A stretch of 64,000 bases of DNA from Camelus ferus. Taxonomy: Eukaryota. Made by a program: the position numbers and the translations under genes. Below are positions 52,261 to 64,000 of this stretch, piece after piece; the first letter of the stretch is position 1; each line of letters starts with the position of its first letter. Location of the stretch: the NCBI RefSeq assembly GCF_009834535.1, contig NC_045696.1, positions 3,534,001 to 3,598,000 on the forward strand, read 5' to 3'. Below the pieces are notes generated by a model. The model was given only the letters and a program-made list of their open reading frames with translations, had not been told where the DNA came from and made no database searches.

Positions 52261-54899
52261 TTAAATGGATGGATTATATCTTAATTTATATATATATATG
52301 TATAAAATTATGTAAATAGTAGTATGTGAAGAATTCCATGGCATGATATGTAGATTGAAGCCATTTCGATATTACATGAGTTTGTTTTACAGTTGCTAAC
52401 AGTTCAGGCCGAAATTACTTACTAGACCAGCCCAATGCCACATGTAATTGTAAAGTTTTTTTTTAAATAAGGTATCTGGAGAAAGTGAGAAGAAACTCTC
52501 AGGTCCGAGGTCTTTTGCCCATGTGTCTCTCCAGAATTTAGCATCAAGTTAAATGCATGCCATTCAGCAGGCAGCGAGGAAGGGGCGTCTGTGTGGCCCC
52601 AGACAGAGAAGGAGGTGCCCCAGCCCTGGGGCCCCGCCCCCTGTGTGTCCTCCCGGGCTCAGCTGGAGTGTTTGCTGCTTGTGCATTTGTCAGGGTCGCC
52701 GTCTTGCGTGCACAGTCTGACAGCAAGCTTTCTCTTTATACATCTTGGCGGTTTGGAGGTTCACGCAGGTTGATTTGTGCCCTGCTCGCTCATTACCTTG
52801 AGATAACATTCAGGACTCTGGGGGATCGGGGCTGCTTCCACAGATGAATAATCGGGTAGCTTTCTTTTTCACAAGTACAGTAGAGTTGCTGTGAACTGTC
52901 TCCTGAGTCCTCAGGCACAAGCACAGGAGTATCTCCAGGCAGGTGTGCGTGGGATTGTGGGGTTGTAGGTATACACGCTTCAGCTCTACCCCAGATTCCA
53001 GAATTGGTCCCCAAGGCGCTGGTCCGCCTTCCTCTGTCCTGGCAGTGCAGGACAGCTCTCTTTCTCCATCTCCTGGCCAACGTTAGAGTCACATAGCCCC
53101 CTAATCCCTGCAGCAAGCATGGGGAAGTCTCTGGAAGGTATTGGATTGGGGTTGCAGGAGGAAACTGGTGGCAACCATGCAAGATGCTGACGCCAGCACA
53201 GCCCAGAAGAGCTGGAAAGGGCCATGAGTGCAGATGGCCCAGTGTCAGAGACTGGGGGGGGCTGAGAGCCAGCTTGCTGCAGGCCTGACCTGCCCAGGCC
53301 CCTGCCTGGGAAGTGCCTCCCTGCAGTGATGTCCTCCCCGTTATTGACGAACAGCCCCCAAGTCCCTTTGGGGCGGTCAGTTTCTGTTTGCTGTTTTCTG
53401 ACGCTGTCTGCATTAAGAGAGGAGCAGAGCATTCAGGGGCTGGCCTGGAGGGGACAGGGAGGGAGCAGAGACTGAAATAGCAATAGACCATTTTTAAAGG
53501 TCTTAACATATTGTACCAGTAAAGCGACCTTTGGAAGGTGGGCGGTTAAACCATTTTAATACCATTGCAGAAATAGTGCTTGCCCATTAAAAAGTTAAAA
53601 ATGATGTGAAAGTGCATAAGCCTTTTCTTTTTTTTAAGTCTGCCCCTACCTCCCTCCGCTCTCCTGGGATGGGACCTCAGATCGCCGTCCTCAGTGAATT
53701 CTCGGAAGCTCTCTACCCAGCAGACAGCTGGGAAAGTGTACACGGTCTTGTTTTCTTTTACAAGTTTCTCCATAGTTCCTGACTTCTGTGTTTCCTTGGC
53801 TAGGGAGGACCTGAGAGCGTGCCAGTGTCTTGTCGTGCTGGGGCCCGGCTGTCCTCTGTCCTCTGTCCTCTCTCAGTGCTTATGGGCTGCTGGCCAGCCC
53901 CCTGACCGTGCAGGAACGTAGGCTGAGTGCCATGGTACCCTGGACCAGTCCGGGTCCTGTCCACGCCCTCCAGCGGGGGTGCTGTGGGGATCCACCTGGC
54001 TCCTGGGAAGTGGGGAGCAGGACACCCCAGGGTGCTTGGATCCTACACAACCTTTTCCTCTCTTGGCTGAGAACCTTGGCTGATCACAGCCCATTTCAGG
54101 GCACCCATTTGCAAAGCAATCAAGCCAGGCTAATCAGTTTCTCTTGTAATTTGTCCCTGTGGGAGGTTCCCTAACATCCTTGCGCTAAATGAAGAAGAAA
54201 TGTTGTCCCAGGAACTCATGCTCCCAGACTGCCTGCTGGGCAGGACACTGACAAGGGTGCCTAAATCCTTTCAGGAGCTAAACCACCCACCTTGTGTTCG
54301 TAACTGAGATTGAGTTCCCAGTTGGCGGCGTCATGTGTTCTTCATGCTCTGCGTAATTCTTGAGAAAGGAAGAGCCGTAGCAGAGCCCGAGGATGTGAAT
54401 AGGTGGACAAGAGACACCAACAGGGGACTTCAGGGACATCCTGCTCCCCTTCCTAAGCTCCTGCCAGAATGTCAGGTTCTGTTTCTCAGCTTTCTCACTC
54501 AGCCCTGACAAGGGTCGTGTGGATGGCATTTGAGGTAGCAATAGGGATGACTCCTTCTGGACCAACGGGTCTGGTAATAGTCACGTCTTTGATCAAGCAG
54601 ATGAGAGCGGGGCCCTGGTCCCCCTCCGTGAGCATCTCCCTGGTTTAGGGCTGGTCTTGCATCTCCCTGTGGGACCCTCGCAGAACAGAAGCAGGCCTTC
54701 CCCGCCCTCCGGGTGCCCTGTACTCCGACTTTCTCCTGCAGCCCCTGAAGACCCCCCCAAAGTAACCACCTTTGCAAACATCTGGCTCCTCAGAAAGCTC
54801 CTCGCCCCAATGTCCTGCGTAGAGAGCGGGGTCCTGCATACCTTAGAGCATTTGAGTCATCTTTTGGGACCCAAGGTAGGTGCATAGTCCCCTCACCAC

Positions 54900-55700
54900 T
54901 CTTCTGGCATCAGAAATGTGCGTGTTTTCCTTCCGCCCGAAGTGATCCTCCAGCTCTCTGGGTGTCCACCGGGCGTCCTACAGTTCCGTTTGATTCTGGC
55001 ACTGACTACGCGAAGTCAGCGCAGACCCCTGCCCCCCCACTCCCGACGCCGACCCCAAGTCTGGGCTGCCTGGTGGCCATACAGTGGGGGTCACAGCCCC
55101 CTCCTCACGCCTCATCATTTGCTAGAACAGCTCACAAAACTCAGGAAAACAGTTTACTTAGTTACTGTGATTATAGTAATACACTCTAGTGTGTCATTAC
55201 TACTTACCATTACTGTTGCTATTTCTTACCAGCATTAGTTTCTCATAAAGAACGCAGCTCAGAAACAGCCAAAGGGAAGAGATGCCTGGGGCAGGGGAGG
55301 GAGAAGGGGTGGAGCTTCTACCCCCACCCACCCCCGCCCCAGGACCTCCTGGGGTCAACAGACCAGAAGCTCTCTGCGCCCCATTGTTTAATAGTTTTTA
55401 TGGCAATTCCATTACACAGGCACTGGCTGATTAAATCACAGGTCATTGGTGAGTGATTCAGTCTCCAGTCCCTGTCCCTCCCCTGAGGTCCAGGTGGCGA
55501 CTAAAAGCCTCTAATGGAGCCCCTGTGTCTGTGGCCCCCAGGCCCCCGTACTGATGTTATTCTGCTGTCCCAACCACCAGTCACCCCTCAGCATACAAGA
55601 GACATTCTTATCACTGCGGAGAGTCCAAGGGTTTTAGGAGCTGTGTGCTAAGCACCAAGAGCAAAGACCAAATATTTATCCCTAAGACACAGTCCTGGTG
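54900..55700. mobile_element. MER21-like ERV solo LTR
   Basis: 'tgattctggcactgactac', 'atttgctagaacagctcacaaaactcaggaaaacagtttactt', 'ctgattaaatca..ggtcattggtg', 'ccaagggttttaggagctgtgtgc...caaagaccaaatat' are MER21C-like as recalled. Confidence 0.7.
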
Positions 55701-57900
55701 CAGGGAGCCTGAGTGCCTCTGGTAGGACACTTTTTCAGGTGGCAGCTGGAAGCACCCTGTCTCCAGGGCTCCGTGTCCGCAGACACACACTCGGCCTGGC
55801 CAGGTGGCAGGACCAGCGAGGGCTGGTGATGCTGAGAGGTGCTTTTCGTGGGGCATTCCCCACGGAGGAAGGCATCACCCTCAGACTCCTCTCCAGGGGC
55901 TGCCACTGCCCTCTCTTCCTGCCCCGACACGCCCTGAGTACATCGATTTCTCCCACTCTGTAATTACGCTCTTACACAAGAGCACCTAGTTTGTACCCGT
56001 GTTCTCTTTCCTCACATCTGGGAGAGTTTTGCTCCAGAATGTCTGACCCAGAAGATGGACACTTAATTTCTGTGTCACCAGTGGCCTGAGAGTAGCTCCT
56101 CCTCCTCGGGCAGCAGCGACAGCCCCTCTGCAGCACATCGTGGGCAGAAGATCTGTGGGGGCGTGAGGGCTGCGCAGGCAGTGGGGAGCTCCTGGAAGTG
56201 GAGCAGGGTTTGGAGGGCGGCGCTCACTCAGAAGGCCACGCATTGCCTTAGGAAGCGCGGTGAGCGTCCCTGCGGACAGGATGGATATGTAGCAGGCTTG
56301 CCAGGGAAAGCAAGGGTCACACTTGGTGCTGGGGGACCGCAGTGACATTGGCCTTCTTGGTGTGTGTCCTGTCCCATGGAAAGCATTACTTATCTCTGTT
56401 TTCAGTGTCCTCTGTCAATAACAGAGGCTTCAGATGGTACAGCGATGGCTATAGATTCAAGTTTTAAATAAACATAGCAATCTACCCCGCGGGGAGAAAG
56501 TCCGGGAAGCCAGGGAGACTCAGGCCGGAGCTGAGCGCATCTTAGGCACCTCCTCCTCCCTCTGAGCCACAGGCTTTGTCTGTAGAGGAGGGCTCCCCCG
56601 GCAGGGCTGTGGGGGAGCGAGGGCCTCAGCCTGCGCAGTCCCTGCAGCGCCCCTGCCGTATCCCATCTCCTGATGCCACAGGCCGGTGGGGGCCGCGTCT
56701 GTTCCCATCGGTGCGCAGCTGTCCTCTGCCCAAGGAAGCGTCCTGCCCATTGTACAGAGGAGGAGACCGAGGCAAAGAGGCCGGGGCACTTGGGCAGGGG
56801 GACGGAGAGCCTCTAAATAGTAGAGGCTGGAATTGAACCCGAGTCGGCCTCCAGAAAGCAGCTCCCACCGCTGCACGCCGTGATCAATGGCATTACTATT
56901 ATTCCTTACATTTTTATTATTATCAATTAACTTAAGCTCCCACCCCACCCACCCCAACCACGGAAGAGATAATGAAGATGGGGAAAAAGGAACGAAAGGA
57001 CACTGGCCAAGCTTTGCTTCTGTAAAACCATGGCAACCAACAGACCTTGGGCAACTGCATGGAATTTCCCCCAGAATCTTACTCTGCGTTGTCTGTCGGG
57101 GAGCCCACAGCCCTCCCCGGTGTGACCTGTGCACTGTGAGCACATGGCTTTTGGTTTTGTTTGTTTGTTTCTACTTAAGGCTCTCTGTTACACATTTATA
57201 CACTAAAATAAATTCTGAGAGGTGCCAGGGTCTCCTGGGCTCTTTCCAGACCTCGGTGGGTGCGTTGGTTTGCAAGGGTGAGTGATGCAAAGCTGTCCAC
57301 ATTTCTCCCTGTGGTGGCAAATAGGAAACTTGGTTGACTTTTTTTTTTTTTTTTTTTTCTGGCTTTTCACAACTTGAAATTCCAAGTACCACATTCTCTG
57401 GGTATTGACGGCTAAAATACTAACAGATTGTGCAATTGTTTTGAAGCAGTCTTTCCAAGGGCAGGGGTGAGACGGGAGGCCCGCCCTTTGAGACCTGAGT
57501 GGGAGCAGGGCCTCCTGGCGGGCCACCTGTTTGTTTGGATGACAGCCTATGGAACTCTGCGCTGTCAGCCCTCAGGTGCTTGGTCTGGAGAAGAGGTGGG
57601 GAGAGGCCCCTCGGGCAAGTGAGGCTTTGTGTGTGTGTTGGAACACAGGGCAGCAGCACCAGGTGCGGGTGTGGCAGAGTGACCTGGCCCCGACCTGGGG
57701 CGCTAACAGCCAGCCCGGAAGAGCCCTGGTTCCCTCCTGCCCTTCATTTTAAAGGAAGCGTCTCGTATACATTTTTCAGCGCATAGAGTCCATGCAAGAG
57801 AGCAGGTGTTTAAGCTGAGGACTGCCTCCACTAAACCACACTGTGCAGTAACAGTACCTCCTATTACTGCAGTGTCCTGTTACTAGAAAGCCTCGTTCAT

Positions 57901-58062
57901 TTTTAAAATATTTTATTTATTTGTTGGTCTTGTTTGTTTTGAGGGGGGAGGTAATTAGGTTTATTTATTTACTTATTTATTTCCACGAAGGGAGTGGGGA
58001 TTGAGCTCAGGACCTTGTGCTTGCTGAACATACACTCTACCACGGAACTCTGCCCGCCTCCC
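57901..58062 (-). mobile_element. tRNA-Ala-derived camelid SINE (vic-1-like), copy 1
   Basis: Reverse complement of the tRNA head (ggggattgagctcaggacc...ctctaccacggaactc) plus the 'gaggggggaggtaattaggtttatttattta' tail. Confidence 0.8.
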
Positions 58063-58862
58063 GCATTGTGCATTTTAAGGGGTCCCAACAAGAGAAGGGA
58101 TGGAGAGCGTTGCTGGGGGTGGAGTGTCGGAGTCTGTGCGGTCCCAGGCACACCCCTCGAGGGTGATGCTTAGAGTGTCTACCCAGCATTCCTAGGGGCT
58201 GGTTGGCCACCACCTTGTTCCCAGCATTTTTCACCCCAGTCCACTGGGAGAATTTCATATAAAAATGCATCTTCAGCCATGTATTGGAAGTGAGCAGGCA
58301 AGCAGGGTGAGCTTTACAGACGCTCTGAGAACATCTAGCTCTGCCTGGGTTCTCTGGAGTAGAAGTGATGTTTTAGATCAGACTCGCGCTGTCTTGATAC
58401 CTGCGGGGTGGAGACGAGGCTGCAGAGTTGGGGAAGAAATGTGATCAGACACTCGTAGAGGGTCTTTGCGTCCATTTTATTTGGGAGTTCTCTCCTCATG
58501 ATGTAAAACAGTGCGATTTAAGTGCAAAACATGCAGCGACGTAAACCTTCTAGATACATTTTCTCAGCTGTGCTCCTCGTTCTTAGAGACAAACGTAATT
58601 AAATAATTTCTAGTTCTCTAGAGTATTCTCAGAGAGGGAGAAGCCGAGGCCACTGCACAAGAAATTTAACTGAAAAGGCAAGTGGAAAAGCACAGGGAGA
58701 CTTGAAGATCAGAGGACTTTCTTGTTGGCAACAAAACTGGGGAGCCCCTAGGCCTAGGGTTCTTTGGGCAAACAAAGGAAGACAGAGTCAAGAAAAGACC
58801 TATTTGCATAGGTGTGTGACTACTTGAGTTTAAGGTCTTGAAACTGGAGAGTTGTTGACTGA

Positions 58863-58985
58863 GGGGGAGGGTGGAGCTCAGTGGCAGGGCGCATGCTCAG
58901 CATGCATGAGGTCCTGAGTTCAATCCCCAGTCCCTCCTTAAAATAAATAAGTAAATAAACCTAGTTACTTCACCCCCCAAAAGAT
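58863..58985 (+). mobile_element. tRNA-Ala-derived camelid SINE, copy 2
   Basis: ggggagggtggagctcagtggcagggcgcatgctcagcatgcatgaggtcctgagttcaatccccagt plus aaataaataagtaaataaacctagttac tail. Confidence 0.88.
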
Positions 58986-59378
58986 TTCTAAAATCAAAAA
59001 TTGATGACAAATCATACATATGAAACAGATAAAGTTGAAAAAAAAAAAAAAACCACCTTGACTGAAGGCCTCAGCTCTCCCTCCATGCAGGTTAGAACCA
59101 AAATGTGCCCTCTACACCCGGATGATGCTGCCTCCTGTCTTGATCGCTGGGGGTGGACCAGCGACCCTGACCCCTCACCTGTGACCCCTCACCTGTCAGC
59201 CCAGGCCCACCTCTGGGACCCTCGCCACGTGGAGCCCACCCCCGACAGGCGCTCCTGCGCAGAGAGGAAGGGGGTCTATCTGAGTGCACTGTTGCGTGAT
59301 TTTGAGGTGGTTTGTGTCATCGACCGTTTCTTTGCTTGCTCTGGGGGAAAAAAGTCTCAAGAATAAAGCAGGTGGATT

Positions 59379-59880
59379 TGATACAGGAAAATGGGGTATG
59401 AGAGGACGGCCGTGTCCCAGGCCCCAGGTGAGCCCCTGCAGTGAGCCCCACCAAGTGAGGCTCCTGGGCTTCATGCAGGAAAGAATTCAAGAGCAGGTCG
59501 TAGTTGAGTAAAAGTAGATTTATTCAGAGGGGTGCACACTCCGCAGAGGAGTGCGGCGTCTCAAAGGCAAGTGAAAGGCCACGAGGGGCGGGGCCGCTGG
59601 TTTTTACGGCCTCGGCCTCGGTAACTTCACATGCTAACAAGTGGGAGGATTGTTCCAGCTGCTTTGGGGAAGGAGCCTCGATTCGCAGGAGCTGGTCCGC
59701 CACACCCCTTGAGCTTGTATGGTCGGCCTGAAGGCCGCCCTGGCGCCTGTGGGAGTGTCATTTACCAGGAGCCTATGAGGAAGCTCAGGGTCCACTGGGA
59801 GCCAAGTCTCCCGCCGCCCTGGTGCTCACTGCTGTGTCAGACGCCTGATGGCTGCACCTGCCCCCTCCCCTCCTGTCTCC
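59379..59880 (-). mobile_element. ERV1-type solo LTR
   Basis: Begins TG; contains 'caggaaagaattcaagagc...gtaaaagtagatttatt' (poly(A) signal on the minus strand); ends 'ccctcctgtctc', typical of ERV1 LTR termini; no clear TSD. Confidence 0.6.
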
Positions 59881-60801
59881 GGTTCGAGGGAGCTCACTTC
59901 TTTGCTCCCAGAGCTTGACATGGTGGAGTCCTGCTCTGGGGCCCATGGCACTTCTGTTCTCAGAGAAGCCCTTGGTCCCACTGCAGAAGCCAGATACCAT
60001 TTCAATTTAACTTTAAAAATCCAGTACCCGCATCAGACGGTGTCTGTGGGAAGCTCCGCACCAAAGGGTTAGCAGCCGCGTCAAACAGCTCCACGTCACC
60101 GGGCGGCTCTGCGGAGGTAACTCGTGGACTTCAGGAGGGGTCCTTGTAAGCACGGCTGTGTTTGGGGTGGGAACCCTCTAGGGTCCAGGTCAGGGTCTCT
60201 ACCTATTGGTCCGTATTTGGATAGAAGTCAACCCTGGACGTTGTGGCCGTAGCTGGAAGGGTGGCCCTGCCTTCTGCGGTTCCGAGAGGGGACCCCTGGG
60301 GATGGCGAGGTCCTTGCCACTGTTTGCATGGGCTGAGGGGATTTGACCCCCACTGTGGATAACACCTTAATGCGCTCAAAGAGATTATTTTTTAAACCTC
60401 CTTTCCATTTTGTTCCCGTCCATGTGACAAACGGGACATTATTACTCTCGGGGTGGCGGGGCCGAGGCTGGCCCTGGGGAGGTTCAGGCCCTGATCACTG
60501 TCTCTCCGGCTGGACTCGCAGGAGGAGTGGCAGCAGCGCGGCTGTGCTGAACGCTGAGGTGGGATCGGATCGCTGTTTCAGTTGGCGGCTCCAGCTGAAC
60601 ACTGGAGGAGCGGATGGTCTGGATGACAGATGTGACTTAGAGGGCCGGGAAGCCGTGGGGCCGGGGGAGACCCTCGGGGTCTCCATGAAAGGACATTTGG
60701 ACCTTTAGGTGTCCCATTTCCAGTGAGTGCACTTCCTTTCCCAACGTGATGTGAATGGTAATTGTGACTTTTGGAGGCTTGCACTCTAGAAATTTTATTG
60801 C

Positions 60802-60933
60802 TTTTTGTTTGTTTTTGTTGTTGTTTTGCAGGGGAGGGGTGGGTAGGATTATGTTTTATCTTAATGGAGGTACTGGGGATTGAACCCAGGACCAAGGTAA
60901 ACATGCGCTCTACCACCGAGCTACACCCTCCCC
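60802..60933 (-). mobile_element. tRNA-Ala-derived camelid SINE, copy 3
   Basis: gaggtactggggattgaacccaggacc...catgcgctctaccaccgagctacaccctcccc. Confidence 0.88.
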
Positions 60934-61964
60934 TCCACATTCCGGTAGTTTTAAAGTCTTTTAAAATCTTTTAAAATCTGCTTGTTTTTGTATTTATTGG
61001 CTTTTAACCAGTCACTGCCTGGTTTTTTACTTTAAGCAGTAAAATGGCCCGGCCTGTTGAGACAAAGGACAGAGAATTTTCTCTGTGTCATGTCATTGGT
61101 GTGTGTAACTCATCTGGCATTAAAGTACATTCCTCCAAAAAGGACTGTTTATAGAGCATTTATTTTTAAAATGAATAGACGACATTTCTTAGACAAACAT
61201 TTTTCTGTTCCAACCTCTGATGCCCTCTGGAGATGCAGCACCACCATGAAGATTTGTAGCTAATCCACATAAACCAGTCCTCCGAGAGCGACCTTAAAGA
61301 AAGTATGGGTTGTGCAATTTTTTGCTGGTATCAAGAGAAGGCAAGATTTTCTCTCTAACTCTGCTGTCGAGGTCTTTTATGGTGGACGTTGGAGATGGAC
61401 CCCTCGCTGGGGGCCGAGTGTGGTGCAGTCAGGTTTCTGTTGGAGGGGCAGGTGGGCCCGAGTGGAGAGATGCGGGCCTCGGTACAGGTGGGGCTGGGAG
61501 GGGTTAGGCAGGGACCACAAGGGGGCGGGGGGGCGAATGCGTTCCAGCCAGACGTGGTGAAGTAGCTGTTACCCTGACGAAGTGACTATTTTGATCATCT
61601 TTCTCCCTGCCAGTTTAGATTCTGATAAATCCACTAAGGAATTAAAGAATTTTTTCCTTCCTTCCTTCCTTCCCAAGTGACACCGTCCAGTGCTCGGGAA
61701 TGCGGGGTCTGTCCTGCCTTACTCTCAGCCTCCTGATTACTCAGCTTTGGCCAGACACCCTGGCCACCTGCCGGGCCCCCTCCCCCGTCCCCCCCGACCC
61801 TTCCTCCCAGCCTGGCACCTGGCCTGGAAGTCATCCCACACTGGGCTTGCTTGGCGTCCTGCCAGGAGGGTGGCCGACCCCTCATTCTGTAAGGTCCGCT
61901 CCTGTAGAGGGACTCGCCGTGCGGTTACAGCTGTCACAATCATCCCTCTAAAATGCTTTGCTGC

Positions 61965-62080
61965 GGGGAGGGTGTAGCTCAGTGGTAGAGCGCGTGCTTA
62001 AGATGCATGAGGTCCTGGGTTCAATCCCCAGTGCCTCCTCTGTAAGTAAATACATACATACCTAGTTACCTATCCCTGCC
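61965..62080 (+). mobile_element. tRNA-Ala-derived camelid SINE, copy 4 (intact A and B boxes)
   Basis: ggggagggtgtagctcagtggtagagcgcgtgcttaagatgcatgaggtcctgggttcaatccccagtgcctcc plus tail. Confidence 0.9.
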
Positions 62081-62664
62081 CCGTCTCCTAGGCCGTTAAA
62101 TGAGCTCCTTTTACACTCTGCTTTTGTGGAGGCTGCATTATTTTGTAAGTGTTTAGTATTTCATATGTCCTTTGAATTATCCCCATCTTTGAAAAACCAA
62201 GACAGGTTAAAAATTATTTAGATAGAAACAATTTCTTGTGTTCTAGGTACATTTTTTATTTTCCATTTGTAACAGCCGTTAACTTATTTTCTTTTGAAGT
62301 CCCATTTTTTTTTTTTTTAGGGAGAGAGGATGGCTAATGGCTTTCACTCCATATGAATATGAAATGTCTGGGGAATTTAAAATCAACTGTGTGGAGAAAT
62401 AAAGCAAAGAAATATTTAAAGAAAAAAATCTTTATGTGTGGGAAAGACTTTAAGTAGATTTGGGCAAGAAATCCAACTGGAAGAAAAGATTTGAAATATT
62501 GTTTCCAGCTTTCAGACTCCTGCATAATAGGAAAGATGGGAACCCGGATGTTGATCCAAGTTTGAAACTCTAAATTCCTGTCCTGGCTGATGTATGAAGT
62601 GCAGGTTATTTTGTTCAGTGAGATGAAGACGTGTGTGGTACCAGCTCTCCTCTCGCTCACGTGA

Positions 62665-62835
<171 letters not shown>

Positions 62836-62982
62836 TAGGAAAACTGTTCCCAGAAAGCTGTAGGGTGAGCGTGGTGCGATCACGGGACTGGGAACACCCG
62901 TTTTGTTACCGTTCATTTCATAATTTTCAAGCTGTCACCTTCTGTATTGTATCTGTAGGAAATAAAACAGTGTGCACGTAAT

Positions 62983-63116
62983 AGGTATATGTATATGTAC
63001 GTGTATATGGACACATATATGCACACATACACACATACATATACGCACACATATACACACACACATATATGCACACACATGTACGCATATACACACGTAT
63101 GTATGTGCATATATAA
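62983..63116. repeat. Degenerate (TA/CA/TG)n low-complexity repeat
   Basis: Read directly from the sequence. Confidence 0.9.
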
Positions 63117-64000
63117 TGAATTCAGGGGTTTCCTACCTATCAAATACGGGGGTGTGGTATTTTTCAAGGCATTGAAATGTATCAAATGTTGGTGACTGTT
63201 CAGTTAATGTAAATGGCATTTGAGGTGAGGAAAGCGGTTCTGTTTCAGAGTCAGGTGCTGGACCTCAGAAGTCTGCTGCAGCTTGGAAAACCAGCTTAGG
63301 GGCTGGACTTGACGTTCCTCCTTTTAGTTTTTGAAAAAGTCAACTTTAAAAGACCCTTTAAAATGTTTATAAGTTAACAGATGAGTATTACTATTATTTA
63401 GTGAATAATAGACATTATTATAATAATTATAATAGACACATGTGACTTATAATTGACGTATATTTTATATATAATATTAATAATTACATATGAGTCGTAT
63501 ATAAAATATATATTAAATAGAGACGTATATAGTAATTATAGTAGACTTACTAGTGAAACTTCTGAATGCTCGAACCATCAGGTAACTGTGTGTCTCACAC
63601 GTGAAGCTCTCGCTTTTCGGGTGTGTAAAATTTGTGAATTTCTGGGTGTGTTTTAGGGGTCACTGCCAATTCAGGCTGGTGTCTGCTCTCCTCTGTCCTT
63701 GTGCTTGGCTGCTGGTTTGAGGGATGAGCCCAAGGCATACAGGATTGCCAGCCACAAGGGAGAATGATATTCTGTAGGCTTTCCTTAAAAAGACACGGGT
63801 TTAAATAACCAGTGCAAACGAGAATTTGTGGCTCCCTAAATGGCTTTCTTCTGAAGCCTAGCCTCCCACCCCCACCCCAGTAACACTCCCTTTCTGAGAG
63901 TCTAGAATCCAAGAGGTCCAGCTGACCTCGTGGGCTTGTCAGCTGCCAAAGCGGTCCTGCTCCCCCCAGCCTGGGGGGCAGTGTGATTAAAAGCTAATTT

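Noticed and set aside
52793-53509. 238-aa minus-strand ORF in intron 2
   Set aside because: No recognisable homology and a non-ATG start.
61965-62040. Possible tRNA-Ala gene
   Set aside because: The anticodon arm and acceptor stem are degenerate, it carries the SINE tail, and three related copies lie nearby; it is a SINE.

Overview
Mammalian genomic DNA, not prokaryotic. It is most likely a camelid (alpaca/camel), judged from tRNA-Ala-derived SINEs and cetartiodactyl-type L1 3' ends, with no ruminant or pig SINEs recognised. It comes from a draft assembly with two N gaps (34737-34888, 44656-44797). The window matches the human 21q22.3 segment, with both genes on the + strand. ZBTB21 (ZNF295) has its single large coding exon at 8940-~16120 (CDS 8953-12124). 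After ~25 kb of repeat-rich intergenic DNA come the CpG-island promoter and coding exons 1-3 of C2CD2 (42356-42628, 51629-51727, 62689-62808; the gene continues past the window). I found no evidence of a wholly new biological system. The best observations are: (1) a +1 frameshift near 9631 that splits ZBTB21, probably an assembly error; (2) a 600-nt in-frame GT-AG exitron (10527-11126) that removes zinc fingers 1-4; (3) strongly patchy GC content in the ZBTB21 CDS, with Gly/Ala/Pro enrichment in the linkers; (4) an out-of-frame upstream AUG overlapping the C2CD2 start; (5) a 67-bp minisatellite inside an old L1; (6) four SINEs in alternating orientation in C2CD2 intron 2. Comparisons with human proteins and repeat consensus sequences are from memory, not from a database search. 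Repeat boundaries are approximate unless a TSD or TIR is given.
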